In this document: in pieces, positions 1 to 13,600 of the stretch
How the letters are laid out: the number at the start of each line of letters is the position of its first letter
Position numbering within the stretch: position 1 is the first letter of the stretch
Assembly (NCBI GenBank): GCA_040285855.1
Contig: JAUFOQ010000004.1
Span: 1,922,001-1,986,000 of the forward strand
Length of the DNA: 64,000 nt
Source of the DNA: Eukaryota sp. GEM-RC1
Lineage: Eukaryota
Direction: 5' to 3'
The notes under the pieces: generated by a model
Databases searched by the model: none
What the model was told of the DNA's origin: nothing
The model's input: the letters and a program-made list of their open reading frames with translations, nothing else
Made by a program: the position numbers and the translations under genes

Positions 1-336
1 AAGGAGATGAGAGGAATGAGTGAAATGGTGCCCTTTCAGGAGGAGAAGATGCAACTTGGGAAGTTTCTGGAGGAGAAAACATGTATTGGATTGGTTCTTC
101 TGGTTCCCCAGATTCTGATTCAGAATCATCGTGAGGTACATGGATAAAAGATCTAGCCAAAAGGATAATTGTCCAAACACAGAAGGAGACTGTGCCGAAA
201 AGAAAGACGAACGAGGGGAAAACTGATCTACAGATAAGACTTCTCCTGGGACTTCTTCAGGGGGTTGAGGGGCAACTTCTTCATCAGATTTAGCAGATAC
301 AACTAGATCGGCCTTGAAGAGAGACCTGAGAGACAT
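1..336 (-). CDS. 5' part of an unknown Ser/Pro/Glu-rich protein running off the window edge
   Basis: ATG at 336 opens MSLRSLFKADLVVSAKSDEEVAPQPPEEVPGEVLSVDQFSPRSS with no stop to position 1. An alternative frame (HVPHDDSESESGEPEEPIQY) suggests an internal frameshift. Confidence 0.5.
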   Translation of the reverse strand, partial: MSLRSLFKADLVVSAKSDEEVAPQPPEEVPGEVLSVDQFSPRSSFFSAQSPSVFGQLSFWLDLLSMYLTMILNQNLGNQKNQSNTCFLLQKLPKLHLLLLKGHHFTHSSHLL

Positions 337-439
337 TTAAGAGCAATTGGCTGGACAGACTGGACAGTAGTGGTAAAATTTTGACTTAAAATGCAAAAAA
401 TGTTAATTATTATTAAATGATCATCAATGGACCACTACG

Positions 440-661
440 ATGCGTTTTCGTTGCAATTTATGGTCATGCAATTTGCCAAATGCTGTTCAATGTAACCGTG
501 GAAAACAGTTAAAGTTTTCTCATTTGTTTAGTTGCGATCGCTACATAACTTATCGAACGTGTATGCATGATACTGTAAGAGCCCAAATACATGATATGTG
601 TAAGTCTTACAAAATTGAATCATTTGTTGAACCATTTCTAAGATCTGTTGAACTCAAATAG
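440..661 (+). mobile_element. Relic of an RLE-type non-LTR retrotransposon (family B-like): zinc knuckle and start of the endonuclease
   Basis: RFRCNLW..NLP...CNRG.....HLFSC......HDTVRAQIHDMCKSY..ESFVEP aligns by eye with the element at 59708-60896 (WPDNLP..LKCQCG.....HLLNC......HDSVRDQLYCMCKSY...SFLEP). Confidence 0.75.
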
Positions 662-1074
662 AGCAGGAAAATCATGAAAGTTATTTATTTAGTTCATAAA
701 GGACATGTTGAAACGATTATCTACATTAGCTGCAATTTGGTATTGCGTTTTGTGGTCCTGAGACAAAAGAGCTGATTCGCGAATAGAAATTGGCCAATGT
801 TTCAATGTTCGAACATCGTATCAATGTTTCAATGTTCTAAATTGAACCAATCAACGTGTCATACCAATGTATTCAAATAATTGTATTGTCAATTTAATTT
901 TTACTGGCCCTGATTCAAAACTGAACATCATTAATATGATTGATCTTCACAAAACCATGAATAGTCTTCCTTAGAAATGTAGAAAAGGTGTTCATCTGCC
1001 AATTACTTTAACCTTGTTTGATCATTATTTCCACAAAAAATTGAAACATGAAATGAAACAATTTAATACTGGTA

Positions 1075-1149
1075 CAGTATACCCTCGATATAGAGCCATC
1101 CTCGATATAAGGTCGGCCAATAGGGCGGCACTATATCGAGGGTAGACTG
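1075..1149. mobile_element. 75-bp TA-flanked MITE (Tc1/mariner-pogo-like)
   Basis: Left TIR CAGTATACCCTCGATATAGAGCC; reverse complement of the right end CAGTCTACCCTCGATATAGTGCC; TA on both sides. Confidence 0.85.
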
Positions 1150-1221
1150 TATATATTAATTTACCTTAAGTGAGTAATATTTACGTATTATATTTCTAGC
1201 AACTTTCTAGAGTGTCTAATC

Positions 1222-1331
1222 CAGGGCTCCTCATAAATAAATATAAATCCTATTTATTTCTATTTATATTTATTTTGGAGCCTTTTTGGTGATCATGCAA
1301 ATAAAACAAAATAAAACAAAATATAAGTAAA
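1222..1331 (+). repeat. AT-rich interspersed repeat starting CAGGGCTC (probable hAT-like MITE end), copy 1
   Basis: Near-identical to 40423-40540; interrupted here by the retrotransposon insertion. Confidence 0.7.
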
Positions 1332-1893
1332 CTTATGAAATGTTCAAATCCTACAATTATAGTTGTAAAATTGAACCTATAGTGACAATAACGTGTTTGA
1401 TTCTCGGCGTGGTGACTTAATTGCTCCTTTCCTGGATTCATCTCAAGTTGTGGTTGATTTTACTACAGTTGACCCGTTTGCAAAAGTCTACCAAGACTCC
1501 ATATTGAGTGATTCGAATGGTCATCTGGAAAAGGCTGAACAACGAAAGTGTTCAAATTATGCGGATGCTTTGCAGAAGCATAATGAAAATCTATATTCTA
1601 AGTTTTCATTTGTTCCATTTGCCATTTCAATTTTTGGTAATATTGGTCCAGCTGGTTTAAAGTTTTTCAGTGATTTTAGTCTTTTATGTCGTTCTAATGG
1701 CAAGGTGTTTAATAGTGCTGTATGGATTAATCGAATTATGTTCGCTCTTTATAGAAGCATTCCCAAGTATTTATGTTCCATTTATTCGAAGTTGTATAGG
1801 GACAATTCTCGTGTTGATGTGGAGAATTTAACTTCTTTCGTTTTCTGAATTAGTATGTATTAATTTATTGTTGCAAATAAACTCTTATAAAAG
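1332..1893 (+). mobile_element. 5'-truncated RLE (CRE-like) non-LTR retrotransposon, family A
   Basis: ORF has R.D (RRGD), D.T..DP, AE..K..Y and F.PFA...FG..G endonuclease motifs; 3' AATAAA. Flanked by the direct repeat AAATATAAGTAAA (1319-1331, 1894-1906). Near-identical to 46988-48005 and 59684-61499. Confidence 0.85.
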
Positions 1894-2621
1894 AAATATA
1901 AGTAAATACAAATGAAATGTCGGAAAGTAAACTTCTTTGATCTATATAGTACATGAGTTAATTTAGTGCTCAAGGTTGTTGATTGACTTGAAACATGATG
2001 TGTGAAATACTCAAGCTCAGACAAATATTAAGGTTGAGACATTTTCTCTCAAACTTTGCAATTTCAATGTCGAACCTAACCAATACAGACGAGCATTTAC
2101 ATGTGTTCTAACCTAGATTGGCTTAGAACTTCTAAGCCAATTTTAGATGTTCAAATTATTTTAAATTATCTTATGAGAGATTAAACTCTAATCTCCCATA
2201 TTCTGTTGTGAATAAGGACAATTTCCGTGATAATCGGGGTAATTTTAGTTTTTTCATTTGCGGATTCAGTATGTACTACTTAATTCTTTCACACCATTTT
2301 GTTTACATTGAAGATGGCCCAACTGGAATCGTATAAAGAAATTCATTTGTGCGAGTTTTTCCCGTTGTTTGAAAATATATGATGTGTATATAATTCGAGA
2401 ACATTCACTACTGTAAATGTGGGAATCAATCACGTGAATTAGATTGTTTTTTAGTGACTTTGATATGGTATGAAATTGCAGTTCTTTGTACATGTATAAG
2501 CTAATAATTAACCTGACGCATGAAGAACATATATATATATATTCAGTTCTACATTACACCTCATATACTATTCTATGAGAACCAAACTATCACGATTAGT
2601 GCAATCATGAAAATTACTGAC

Positions 2622-5600
2622 TTATAACAAATTTTGATCAAAATCAATGGATGAGGGTGTTTTGAAACGATTCAGGCGTTTCACAAGATCTTCAAATTGT
2701 TCCTTAACAATGGAATTTGGTACCGAACCTTTCTTGATCACGTGACAAAGTTTCTTTCGACGTGCAAGCAACGAATTTCTCCTGTCCAATCTCTTGAGTG
2801 GAATATCAGCGACTTGCCAATAAGGGTGACAGTCAAAGCAATCTACTGTAAGTAAAAGAATATCAAGAGAGTATTTGACAAGTTCATCGCTTGCGTTCCA
2901 ATGATCAACTACCAGTTCAACTAGAACTTCAATAGCACCAAGAGAACAGATTTTTGGGAGCAACAATGCATGGTTTGCAAGTAACTTAATAAAATTAACT
3001 GCGGATTTCTTGAAATCAATATCTACTGGCGAACGATTGCTTGATTGTATGACATTGAAAAGAACAGTAAGAGGTACTATATCATTATACAGTGGTAAAA
3101 CAAAGTTCTTACAGAACCGAAGTGAAGATTGTTGACAAAGAGAATTGAGTTCTTCTATAGCGTTTCTTCTGACACTAGCAGACTGGCTGGAAAGCTTCTT
3201 TAATGCTTTAGCTCCACGTTTGACACTATTTACCTGGCGTAGAGCCAATTTTAGTCTGATACTTTGCTGTAGTATACAAATAGCTTGAAGTGAGTTTTGA
3301 TGGACCTCAGGTAAAATGAAAGTTTGAACTGTTTGATGTGGTTTGACACGGGATGATGAACCATTGATTTTCTGCAAGCGCCTTCGCTTCAAAAAAACAC
3401 GAACATGATCTTGGATTGTGGTTATTGCAGTTTTCATAGATTTGACCAGGTCCTTTGCCATTTTGATCCTAACACAACTTTGCAAATGAACAATGGAATT
3501 CATGATGTTTTGAGTATATTTCCTACATAGAAAGCCCTTGATGTGTGCTTGAATCTTGACTATAGCTGAGTTATAGCTGAATGAGTTATCAATTTGACTA
3601 GGAGGGTGAGAGCTGGTAGAGTTGATTTGTTTGGAAAATAGAGGTGATGAAGAAAAGTCTTGAATATAAAATTTCACCAATAATAAAGATGCAATTTGAC
3701 GAAAATCAGAAAAACTTTGAAACCGGGGCTTATCACAATCTTTTAAAATTTGACCAATAGCTTCACTATACTTTGGAAACGATCCGTAACTAGGCCAAGG
3801 AATAAATTCAGTTGTAGGAAAGATTGAAAGCACGTGACGATGTTCACCATTTTTAAACCGAAGAGATGAAGTCCAAAATGATTCAAAATCGGTGGAGAAA
3901 CTTTCAATAACTTCTTCAATCGCGTCGTCAGATACATCTCTAGGAGTCATTAAGAGAGTTCCTTTGAAAAGTTCGTCTCCTTCTGCTAAGCCAAGTGCAG
4001 CGTCTGCCCAACTATTTAAACAGTTTTGAGTGAATCGATCAAAATGATGAGTTGTTCGTAAAACAAAGTATTGAGCTAAAGCTGCTCCAAATAATGCTTG
4101 ATATGATTGCCTTTGAGTTGTTCTCTCAAAACTATCCAAGCCTTCTAGATCGATTGCAATCCACATTCTACCAGCAATAACACGAACTCCGAACCAAACA
4201 CCTTGAGTTGTTCTACCTCCACTAACATCAAAGAAATGATTGAACATGTGATTAAGGAAAGTGCTTTTTCCAGATGATTGACCGCCGGCACATACAATAA
4301 CAGAGACTGGAAGATGTGAATAAGCTGAAAACAACAACTCAAAAACTCCAAATCGAAGTTGTTCAGCTATTTGTTGAGCAGTGACTCCATTGACTTGTTC
4401 CATTTGCAGCCACTGAGATGAGTCATGACCATCTTGGAGTGGTAGGAAAACTCCAGCATCAATCCCAGCAACTTGTATAGGAATTGATTGTATCCATCTA
4501 AGAATGAAGTCACGAACATTTAGTTTTGAAGTAGAAGAAGAATATGTAGAAGTGACATTGATGTTAAAAGGATTAGAGATGAATCCATCAGTTTTAAGCT
4601 TGTTGATGGAATCATTCAGAATTCGAGAAATTGTCACATGATTACTAGGACTAATAACAGTAAGCTCATGATGGTCAACTATTGTTGATAGATGTTTACT
4701 AGATTGGCGAAGGGGAAATTTGTTAATACTTTTTGGAATAACTTCAAGAACACTATTGGAATTTTGAGGTATATTGCAATTTCCAATATCCTTCTTGTGT
4801 AAGTACAAAGATGATGATTGTAAAGAAATCAACAAATCAATACATGACAGTTGATCTCCATCAAGAATCAATAGCTTGTAACTATCTCTTGTTTCATACA
4901 ACTGAAAGGATGGACTCGAACTAGTTATAGTTAGTGGAAGTTCGTCTTTTAAGGGCTGAAGAAGGCTAATGCCACTTCTACCAGCAGTAGATAGAAAATT
5001 ACATGAAAGTTTCCATGAACCATGTTTTTGTAGATCATAAGTAAAAGAGTCGATTTAAGTGATCGAATCCAAAGTGAATCTCTGTCAATATCTTGGGGTA
5101 AAGGAATGTGTGGGAAGTTGACGGTCAAAGAGTCAAAGTCAATGAAAACAAAATGATTGGTAGTATCCAATGCAACGACTTTAGATCCTTCTGAATACAA
5201 GGTAAGTTTAAGTAGTACAAGATCCCCACTTTGAAGTAGGGAATCGTGATACCTTCCTAAACGAGATAAATTGATGGGTCTTTGAGGTTTGATAAATTGA
5301 CTCGTGTTATGATCAATAGTAAAAGTACTGATGAAATGATTAGAATTCTCCATCCAATAGATCACTAAAGTCTTAGTATTTGGATCAAAATCAGCTAAAA
5401 CAGATCTCTTTTGGTATTGTTTAATAAATCCTTCCTTGGGATGATTAGGGTCAGTCTTTAATAGCCGAATTTCAGTACATTTAGTAGTTGAAAGAATCAA
5501 TAAAACAAAATCTTCATCAGTACAAAAATTGATGACTTTGTAAGTAGAATCGACTCTGGGCATGTGAATTTTAGAAGTCAAATCATCGTTAGAAATCAAA

Positions 5601-7500
5601 TGCGACTGGTATGACTCATCAAAAAAGGAAGGTGGAATTTGAGAAAACATCAGGGAATTTTCTTTTGAACTCCTTTCACAGTTTAATACACCATTATGTA
5701 GACTTTTACAAACCAGTAATGGTTTGGTTTTGTCACTACAAAAATGATTGCTGAAATTGTTCCTAATTGATTGTAACAACTTCTGACTTTTATCAACAAT
5801 TCCTTCTTCCAATTTAGAAGCAGCAACAAGTGTAGGCTCATAGTGGTTAGTAACTGCACTCGTGATAGCTTCTTCTACAATTGAGTTAATCAGAGGTGAA
5901 CCGTTTGTTTTTTCCAGTTCAGTTCTTGTTAAACTGTAGTAGCAAGATTGGGATTGAATGAAAGAATAATTAAAATTTTGAATAGAAAATGTCTTAGAAT
6001 CAGTAAACGAGGAAGTTAATGTAGAAGACTTGGTTAACACTTCTCGAATAATCTTGCATTTTAGATTGTTTACTTCAGTTAGTTGAGAAGGATTTAGTAT
6101 ATTGCTGATCAACAGTAGAATAGCTTGACAACGTATATTTCTTAACCTTCTAGAGTGATCTTCTTGAAGATTAGGACCAGTTTCAATTCCTGGAAAAGAT
6201 GCGTTACACAAGGGGCAAATTTCAATTTTTGTAAACAATTCTCCACAACTAGTACAAACTCCATTCATACAACAAGAGAATCTATAAGTACAAAGAGAAT
6301 CTCTACATATAGAACAAGAAGAGTCGAAGGAGATTTCAGAAACACAATTTTCCAGTAATTTTAATTTTTGAACAAACCTAGTTATTTCTGCGCACAGCGA
6401 TTTCAGCAAATCATGCTTTTCATTAGATTGCTTCTGAATTTGATTGTGACAGTCTTTGAATTCGGTATCCAAGTCACACTGATCTTCAAAGTATTTACCA
6501 AGTATTCCCTTAAATTCATCACTAGAAGTGTTGGTATAATTTCCCATTGACTTATATAACTCTGCAAGAACTTTCTTAACTTCTTCATCTGATAGCGAAT
6601 CAAAGCAAACCCTGAATTGATCAAGAATTGGCCATAGTTCTGTAATTTTAACCTTTTGATCAGGTAATACTAATGACCTAACTTCCAGAACACCAAACTT
6701 TGTTCCATTTGGGGATAAATGACACTCAACAACTGGATCATTACAGTGGAAAATCTCAAACAACTGTGTAGAAGTTAATTGGAAATCATCTGGTGTCAAC
6801 TCCTGTTTTTCAGCTGTGAATGATCGTTTGACTTTACGTGGACGCTTAGCCACAACTTCAAGCTGGGAGGCGATTGTTTCAGTAAGAATGAAGAAGACGT
6901 CACTACAAAACTCCAAAAAGAAGACGAAGGAAGGTGAGGATTGGAGAAGATTGTGGAGAAAAGGGAAGAACGCCAGGCCAGAGAATGAAGGTGAGTTGGT
7001 CATCATCTAGGTCAAGGTAAAGTCCAGGGGAAGGAGAAACAGACTTAAAGAAGTGGTAACAAGATGGGTAATTTCTGGAGAGAAAATCTAAAAGTCCAGA
7101 TTGAGGACCACAAAAACCTACAGTGTCAAGAAGAGTCTGTGGGATTGAATCGAAGTCTATGGTGTTGTTTTGATAATTGACGTATTTGGGATTTACACAC
7201 AGTTTTGCAAAACGAAGAACCTCTTCTTTGTTGTTGAAGATCTTGTAGACAAAGTTTTCCCCTGTTTTATCATGTTCAAGGGTGGCAACTGCAATGATGT
7301 TGGGGAAACGATCTGTCTTATGGTCAAACTGGGTAGAATTTGATGAGATCGAGTTGGTGTCGACACTAAAGTTACGGAGAGGGAAGAATGATCATACCTA
7401 GTCTGATGCGGTATAAGGTTAATAGAACCAACGGGTGATGATAGTAAGTTGTTAACCATAAACGTGTTGATTTCCAACATCGAACAAGACAAATGTGCAA
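2622..7500 (-). pseudogene. Frameshifted RING + GBP/RHD3/VLIG-type GTPase gene fused to IQ motifs and an ASPM-like C-terminus (paralog 1)
   Basis: ORFs 4949-7006 and 2622-4901 join by a -1 shift near 5025. RING-like CSICRD..C...CC...C.SC..CPLC. G motifs GGQSSGKS, RTTQG, DLEG, PRD. Four IQ motifs. 5' end is decayed and its boundary approximate. Confidence 0.75.
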
Positions 7501-7652
7501 TTTCATCTTAAACTTTAAAACTTAAAGTTATGGTCTCGAATGCAATTTCAGCTCTTAGTTGTGGGGGAAAATCACATGTACGATTCAATGTCAATGAATG
7601 CTGTTGAGTTATCAACAAAAAAAACAATTGTATTTATATAAAAATGATAAAA

Positions 7653-10600
7653 TTACACAAAAGCACTACGATCTGGGTTAGCAGAAATCCCAACAAAAGC
7701 ATCACATAAGGAAATAGTATCAGTAGTTTTATGGTACTGACCTCTCCCAAGAGCAGCAATCTCTTTCAACCACGAATGTCCAGCATCGTCCCCAAATCCA
7801 ATGGTATGAACAACAGTGTCTGGGAAAGCGGCAATCTGGTGTCTAATAAGATCACGTGTTCTAGAGTGCTGGTTACCATCCCAACCATCAGAAAGGAAAA
7901 TGAAGATGGGTTGATGTTTGGAAGTAAGAACTTGTTTACAAGTACTTGCTGCCACTTCAAATCCCGTATAGAAACTGGTACATCCAGTAACAGATTGACT
8001 GCCCAATAAAGACTGTAACTGGGACTGAGGATTGCTACTCAAGGAGACACTGGAGGCGATAAGTTGTGCTTCATCATTGAAGTTGATAAAAGAAAACAAA
8101 TCATTAGGATTCTGTTGAACTCTCTTCGAGGTATAGTGATAAATAGCTTCAATCACTGCCCCTAACTTGTTTCTTTGAGTTATCCAAGGTAGTGTTGGTA
8201 CAGCTGATTGACTACTCATAGAACCACTGTTATCAAAGATAAAGAAAGTGTGAAAACGACCACCTTTGAAATGAGAACAGGGAAACACGTGACCGATTTT
8301 GGAGATATAACCATTGGGCACAGAAGCAGGTAATTGCCCTCGGTAAGGTTCATGGAAGATCTCGAGCTCACAGAAGACGTCATCGTCATGATCAGCACCA
8401 CATTTTGAAGGACATTTCTTGAAGAGCTCAATATCTGATGATTGGAAGTTGGGATCAAACTCAAGAATGTACTCCCAGTAAGCCTCACACGTCACTTCTA
8501 CATAATCACAGTCTTCTTCGTATTTTACGCTTTGGATACGTTTAGCACTAACAGGAATACTTTTTAAATTGGGATGATCTACTGGTACAAGATGGATATG
8601 ACCTCGACCAAACTCTCTACAGGAATGAGTACAAGTCAAAGCAATGCCAGAATCACCTCTTCCAAAGGTTCCAATACTTCCAACTTTAACTTGTTGAGCT
8701 GATGAGACCAAACGAAGGTTCCTCATGTTACCATGAGTAGCCGAATGAGGACCTTCGTGGTCAATGGGAAGCATACAAAAGTAACCACACGAATCACATT
8801 TGACGTCACAATAATGACTGTCAGCTACACAATCACAAGAACTGTCGTGGGAAGTAGAAGTTTCGGAGATAGTTACTCCACATTGTCTTTTCACTGCGTT
8901 TTGTTCAGAGAAAAGTTTGTAGTTGATTTGATCGCCAGTAGAGGTGACATAAACTTCTTCCTTTTGTCGCAAATGAGTCAAAACTTCACAATTTCCACGT
9001 TTTGAACACTCATGAGGACAATTATGTTTGTTTCCACACAAGTGTTGCTCAGATTCAAGTGAATGAAAGTGATTAGTAGAAGCACACATTCTTAAACAAA
9101 GAGGACACTTTTCAGGACATCCTTTTGCTCCACAGTGATGACGTTCGTGTGGTAAATGGTGAGGTTCTTGACAGAGATCAGGACAACTATCAAGACTACA
9201 CTCGTGACCACAAAGATGAGCTTCAAAGGGAGTACTACAAAGACAGTCTCCTTCATGATCGATTTGCTTTGCACATGCCACCGAGCATCCTAGGGTAGAT
9301 GATAAGGAACATTCCATTCCACACATGTGACCATCAGAGCACAAACATTTTGAATCATGACCAGCTCCTAGAGAACATTGTTGATGAGGGCATAACGAGC
9401 AATCCCCAGTACAAGCATGATCACCAAGACATTGGCATTGACCTGGATGATTAACCAAAAGAGAGTACTCAAGATTACAGCTCATTGACTGTGAAGGATT
9501 ATGTTGAGTACATCTACCTCTACAAAGTCTAAACGTCGAAGCTAACGTGTCCAATTTCGTTTGAATATCATTTGCTAACCTAGTGAAAACGGATTCTGCA
9601 GAATAACCAGAAGATTTGGTTTTAAACCACTGAATGATAGCTTCTCTACGACGAATTAAAAGTGCAGCAAGAAAAGAGTCGAAGAGTAATTTGTCAGAAC
9701 GTTTACACTGATGAATCACATGTTCTGTGAAATAACACGCCAATCTTGAGAAACATTGCTGTTGACAGTCATTTTTGATTGATTGAAGAGAGTTTGGTAC
9801 ATCGACAAACAGTCCAATGTCAGGCAGGTTATTGAGTTCAACACAATTTGAGTTGTTAACAGTAACTGTTCTTGACAACCTTCTTCTTTGATCTTCACTG
9901 ATCGGTTGGGTCAGAACTAATGATTTAATCGAAGGGTAATCGTCATCTGTTTGACTTTCAGCTAACCATTGATCAAGAACATTTGTGGATGTAGCATAAT
10001 CATCTGAACTTGATTGTAGAGGACCAATCATTCCAGTAGAAATGACGTCATGTAAAGATGATTCAACTTCTTCTGTCCGTTGCCGAAGGGCAGTTTCAGA
10101 TAGTGAAGAGAAGTCTTGGACGTAAAGTTTAGCTAAAAGAAGTGTAGCAATTTGGTGGAATTCTGAAATAGTTTCAAATCTTGGTTCATCATTAACAACA
10201 TCATCCACCAAAAAGCCAATTTCTTCACTATACTCAACAAATGAAGCATAACTAGGCCATGGTGTTACTTTAGTGGTAGGAAAAATGGAAAGTGCATGAC
10301 GTTGTTGACCGTTATTGTCACGTAATGATGAGTCCCAGATTGGTTGTAGATGCGTGGTGAAATCTTCAATAACTTCACCAGAAGCTTCGTCAGAAACATC
10401 TCTTGGAGTCATTATGAGAGTCCCCTTAAAAAGATCATCTCCTTGAGCCAAAAGTACAGCAGCTTCCGACCAACTACAATGTATTTAAACAATTCTGAAT
10501 AAATCGATCAAAGTGATGTGTTGTTCTTAGAATGAAGTTTTGAGCCAATGCAGCACCAAATAGTGATTGATAGCAATCCTCTTGAGCTGTTCTTTCAAAA

Positions 10601-13600
10601 CTTCCTAATCCTTCGAGATCGATTGCGATCCAAATTCTATCAGAAAAAACACGAACTCCGAACCAAACACCTTGAGTTGTTCTTGCTCCACTCACATCAA
10701 AAAAATGATTAAATATGTGATTAAGGAAGCTGCTTTTTCCAGATGATTGACTCCCAGCACAAACAATAACAGAGACGGGAAGATGTGAATAGGCGGAAAA
10801 CAACAACTCAAAAATTCCTCAAATCGAAGTTTTTTAGCTATTTGTTGAGCAGTCACTCCATTGACTTGTTCCATTTGCAGCCATTGAGATGAGTCATGGC
10901 CATCTTGGAGTGGTAAGAAAACTCCAGCATCAATCCTAGCAACTTGTATAGGAATTGATTGTATCCATCTAAGTATGAAGTCACGGACATTTAGTTTTGA
11001 AGTCGAGCTAGAAGAGTAATACGTAGAAGAAACTTTACAGGCAAAAGGATTTGAGATAAATCCGTCAGTTATCAATTTGTTGATGGAATCCTTTAGAACT
11101 CGAGAAATTGTCTCATGATTACTAGGACTAATAATAGTAAACTCATGGTCATTAACGACTGTTGGTAAATGAGCATTGGATTGGCGAAGTGCAAACTTCT
11201 TAAGAGTTTTTGGAATAATTTCTAGTACACTATTTGAACTTTCAGAAGTACTTGTTTCAGATTTTCGATTATCTTCATGGTGTAAATACAAAGAAGACGA
11301 TTGTAAAGAAACCAATAAGTCAATACGAGTAAGATGGTTTCCATCAAGAATCAATAACTTGTAACTATCTCTTGTTTCATACAACTGAAAGGAAGGGGTA
11401 GAAGTAGTTATATTTAGTGGAAGTTCGTCTTTTAGAGGTTGAAGGAGACTAATGTCACTTCTACCAGCTGTAGATAGAAAGTTACATGAAAGTTTCCATG
11501 AACCTAGTTTTTGTAGATCATAAGTAAATGAGTCGATTTAATTGATCGAATCCAGAGTGAATCTCTATCAATATCTTGGGATAAAGGAATAGCTGTGTGA
11601 CTCATTTTGCAAAATTTAAAATCAATGAAAACAAAATGATTAGTAGTATCCAATGCAACGACTTTAGATCCTTCAGAATACAAGGCAAGTTTAATAAGAA
11701 CAGGATCCCCACTTTGAAGTAGGGAATCGTGATACCTTCCTGAAGCAGACAAGTTGAAAGTTCTTTGAGGTTTGATAAATTGACTCGTGTTATGGTCAAT
11801 GGTAAAAGTACTGATGGAATGATTGGAATTCTCCATCCAATATAGTACTAAAGTCTTAGTAATTGGATCAAAATCAGCTAAAACAGTTCTTTTTGGGTAC
11901 TGATTACAACAACCTTTTCTTGTGTTGTTTTGATGGGCTTTGAGTAATCTGATTTCAGTGGTGTTATTGTTTGATAATATTAGTAAAACGAAATTGTCAT
12001 CAGTAAAGAACCCAATCAGTTTCTGAGATGAATTGACATTTGAAAGAGTTTTTTCTGAGACTAAATCACACTGCGAAATAACTACCGAACGTGATTGATT
12101 TTCAAAAAGGGAAGGTGGAATTTGTGAAAATGTCATTGATTTTCCTGAAGTAGTTGTGTTTGATTCGCAAATCAAACGGAGACCTTTCTGATTCTTTGGG
12201 AGCTGTTTACAAATCAGTAGTTGTTTATGGTTGTTACCACAACAGATTTGTTCTACATTATTCCTGAGAGATTTGAACAAATTTGCAAGTTTTTCCTCCA
12301 CCTCTGTTTGAATTTTTGGGTCCACAATGTTCTTTTTGGTTGAAATGATGTGGTACCCATTTGGTTATTGTTGCTTCTAGAATATCTTCATAAATTAAAG
12401 GTCGTTCAGCTTCCTTTTCCAGTAGAATATTATAGGAAGACGGGCAATCCCACGATGAATATGGATTCAAAACAAAACTAACAAATCTCTTACCGACAGC
12501 AAACAGTGTTCTCTCATTCTTGTCTTTGTCGATCTCTTCCTGACATTCCTTTCTTGTTTTGGCTTTAGAAGCATTTAAGGCCTCACGCATTATTTGACTT
12601 TTGAGTAGAGACTCCTCTGTCATCTCCGTAGGGTTCAAAACAAGGTTAACAGCATCTCTAATCGTACGAGAACCTTCTGTATTTGTCTTATTAAACTGTT
12701 CTTGTTGACGACTAGGGCCGAGTTCAATTCCAGAGCTAGGTATAATTGTAGCTCGACAGAAAGGACACTTAACTTCCTTCACAAACAAATCTTTACAATT
12801 AGAGCAGATACCATTCTTACAGCAAGTAAATCTATGGTCGCAATCACAATCAATGCAAATAGGGCAAGTGTTGTCAAATGATACGCCGACTGTTGATTTG
12901 CATATCTTGTTCAACTCTTTTGCAAGATTATTTAATTCATTCGATAATTTTTCCTTTTGAGACTCTTCAGTCGACTTTTTCTGAGATTCAATAAGATGAG
13001 CAGTTAACTCATTCTGAAGAATTGATTTGTCTACAAAGTACTGATCGAAAAGACGTTTTAAAACGTCAGAATCTAAAAGTTTCTGCCGTAACTCCTTGAA
13101 AACCTTACGTAAATCATCATCAGTAAGCGGCTCAAAAGATACTCTTGATTGCTTCCAATATTGACACTAATTGATGCACATTAATTGTTCTCGGTATTGC
13201 ACGATTGGAATCATTACTAACGGTGAGTATTCCAAACTTGGTACCATTTGGAGACAACTGGTATTGAACATCTGGACGAGATGCTGATGTCATTTTAAAA
13301 GACTTTGAGGAAACCAGTTGGAGGTCATCAGAAGTGACTTCACGTGTTTTAGGTTTGAAAGTTCTACCAGCAGCACGAGAACGCTTACTGCCGGCTTGAA
13401 GTTGGGAAGCAACTGATCCTGAAAGAATGAAGAACACATTACTGCAGAACTCCAAAAGAAGACGGAAGAATGTCATCATTGGAGAAGTTTGATGAGAAAA
13501 GGGAAGATCGCCAGGCCAGAGAATGAAGGTGAGATGTTGGGGATGAAAAACAAGATAAACACCGACAGGGGGGAGACTCAGAGTGAACATAGCGGTAGAA

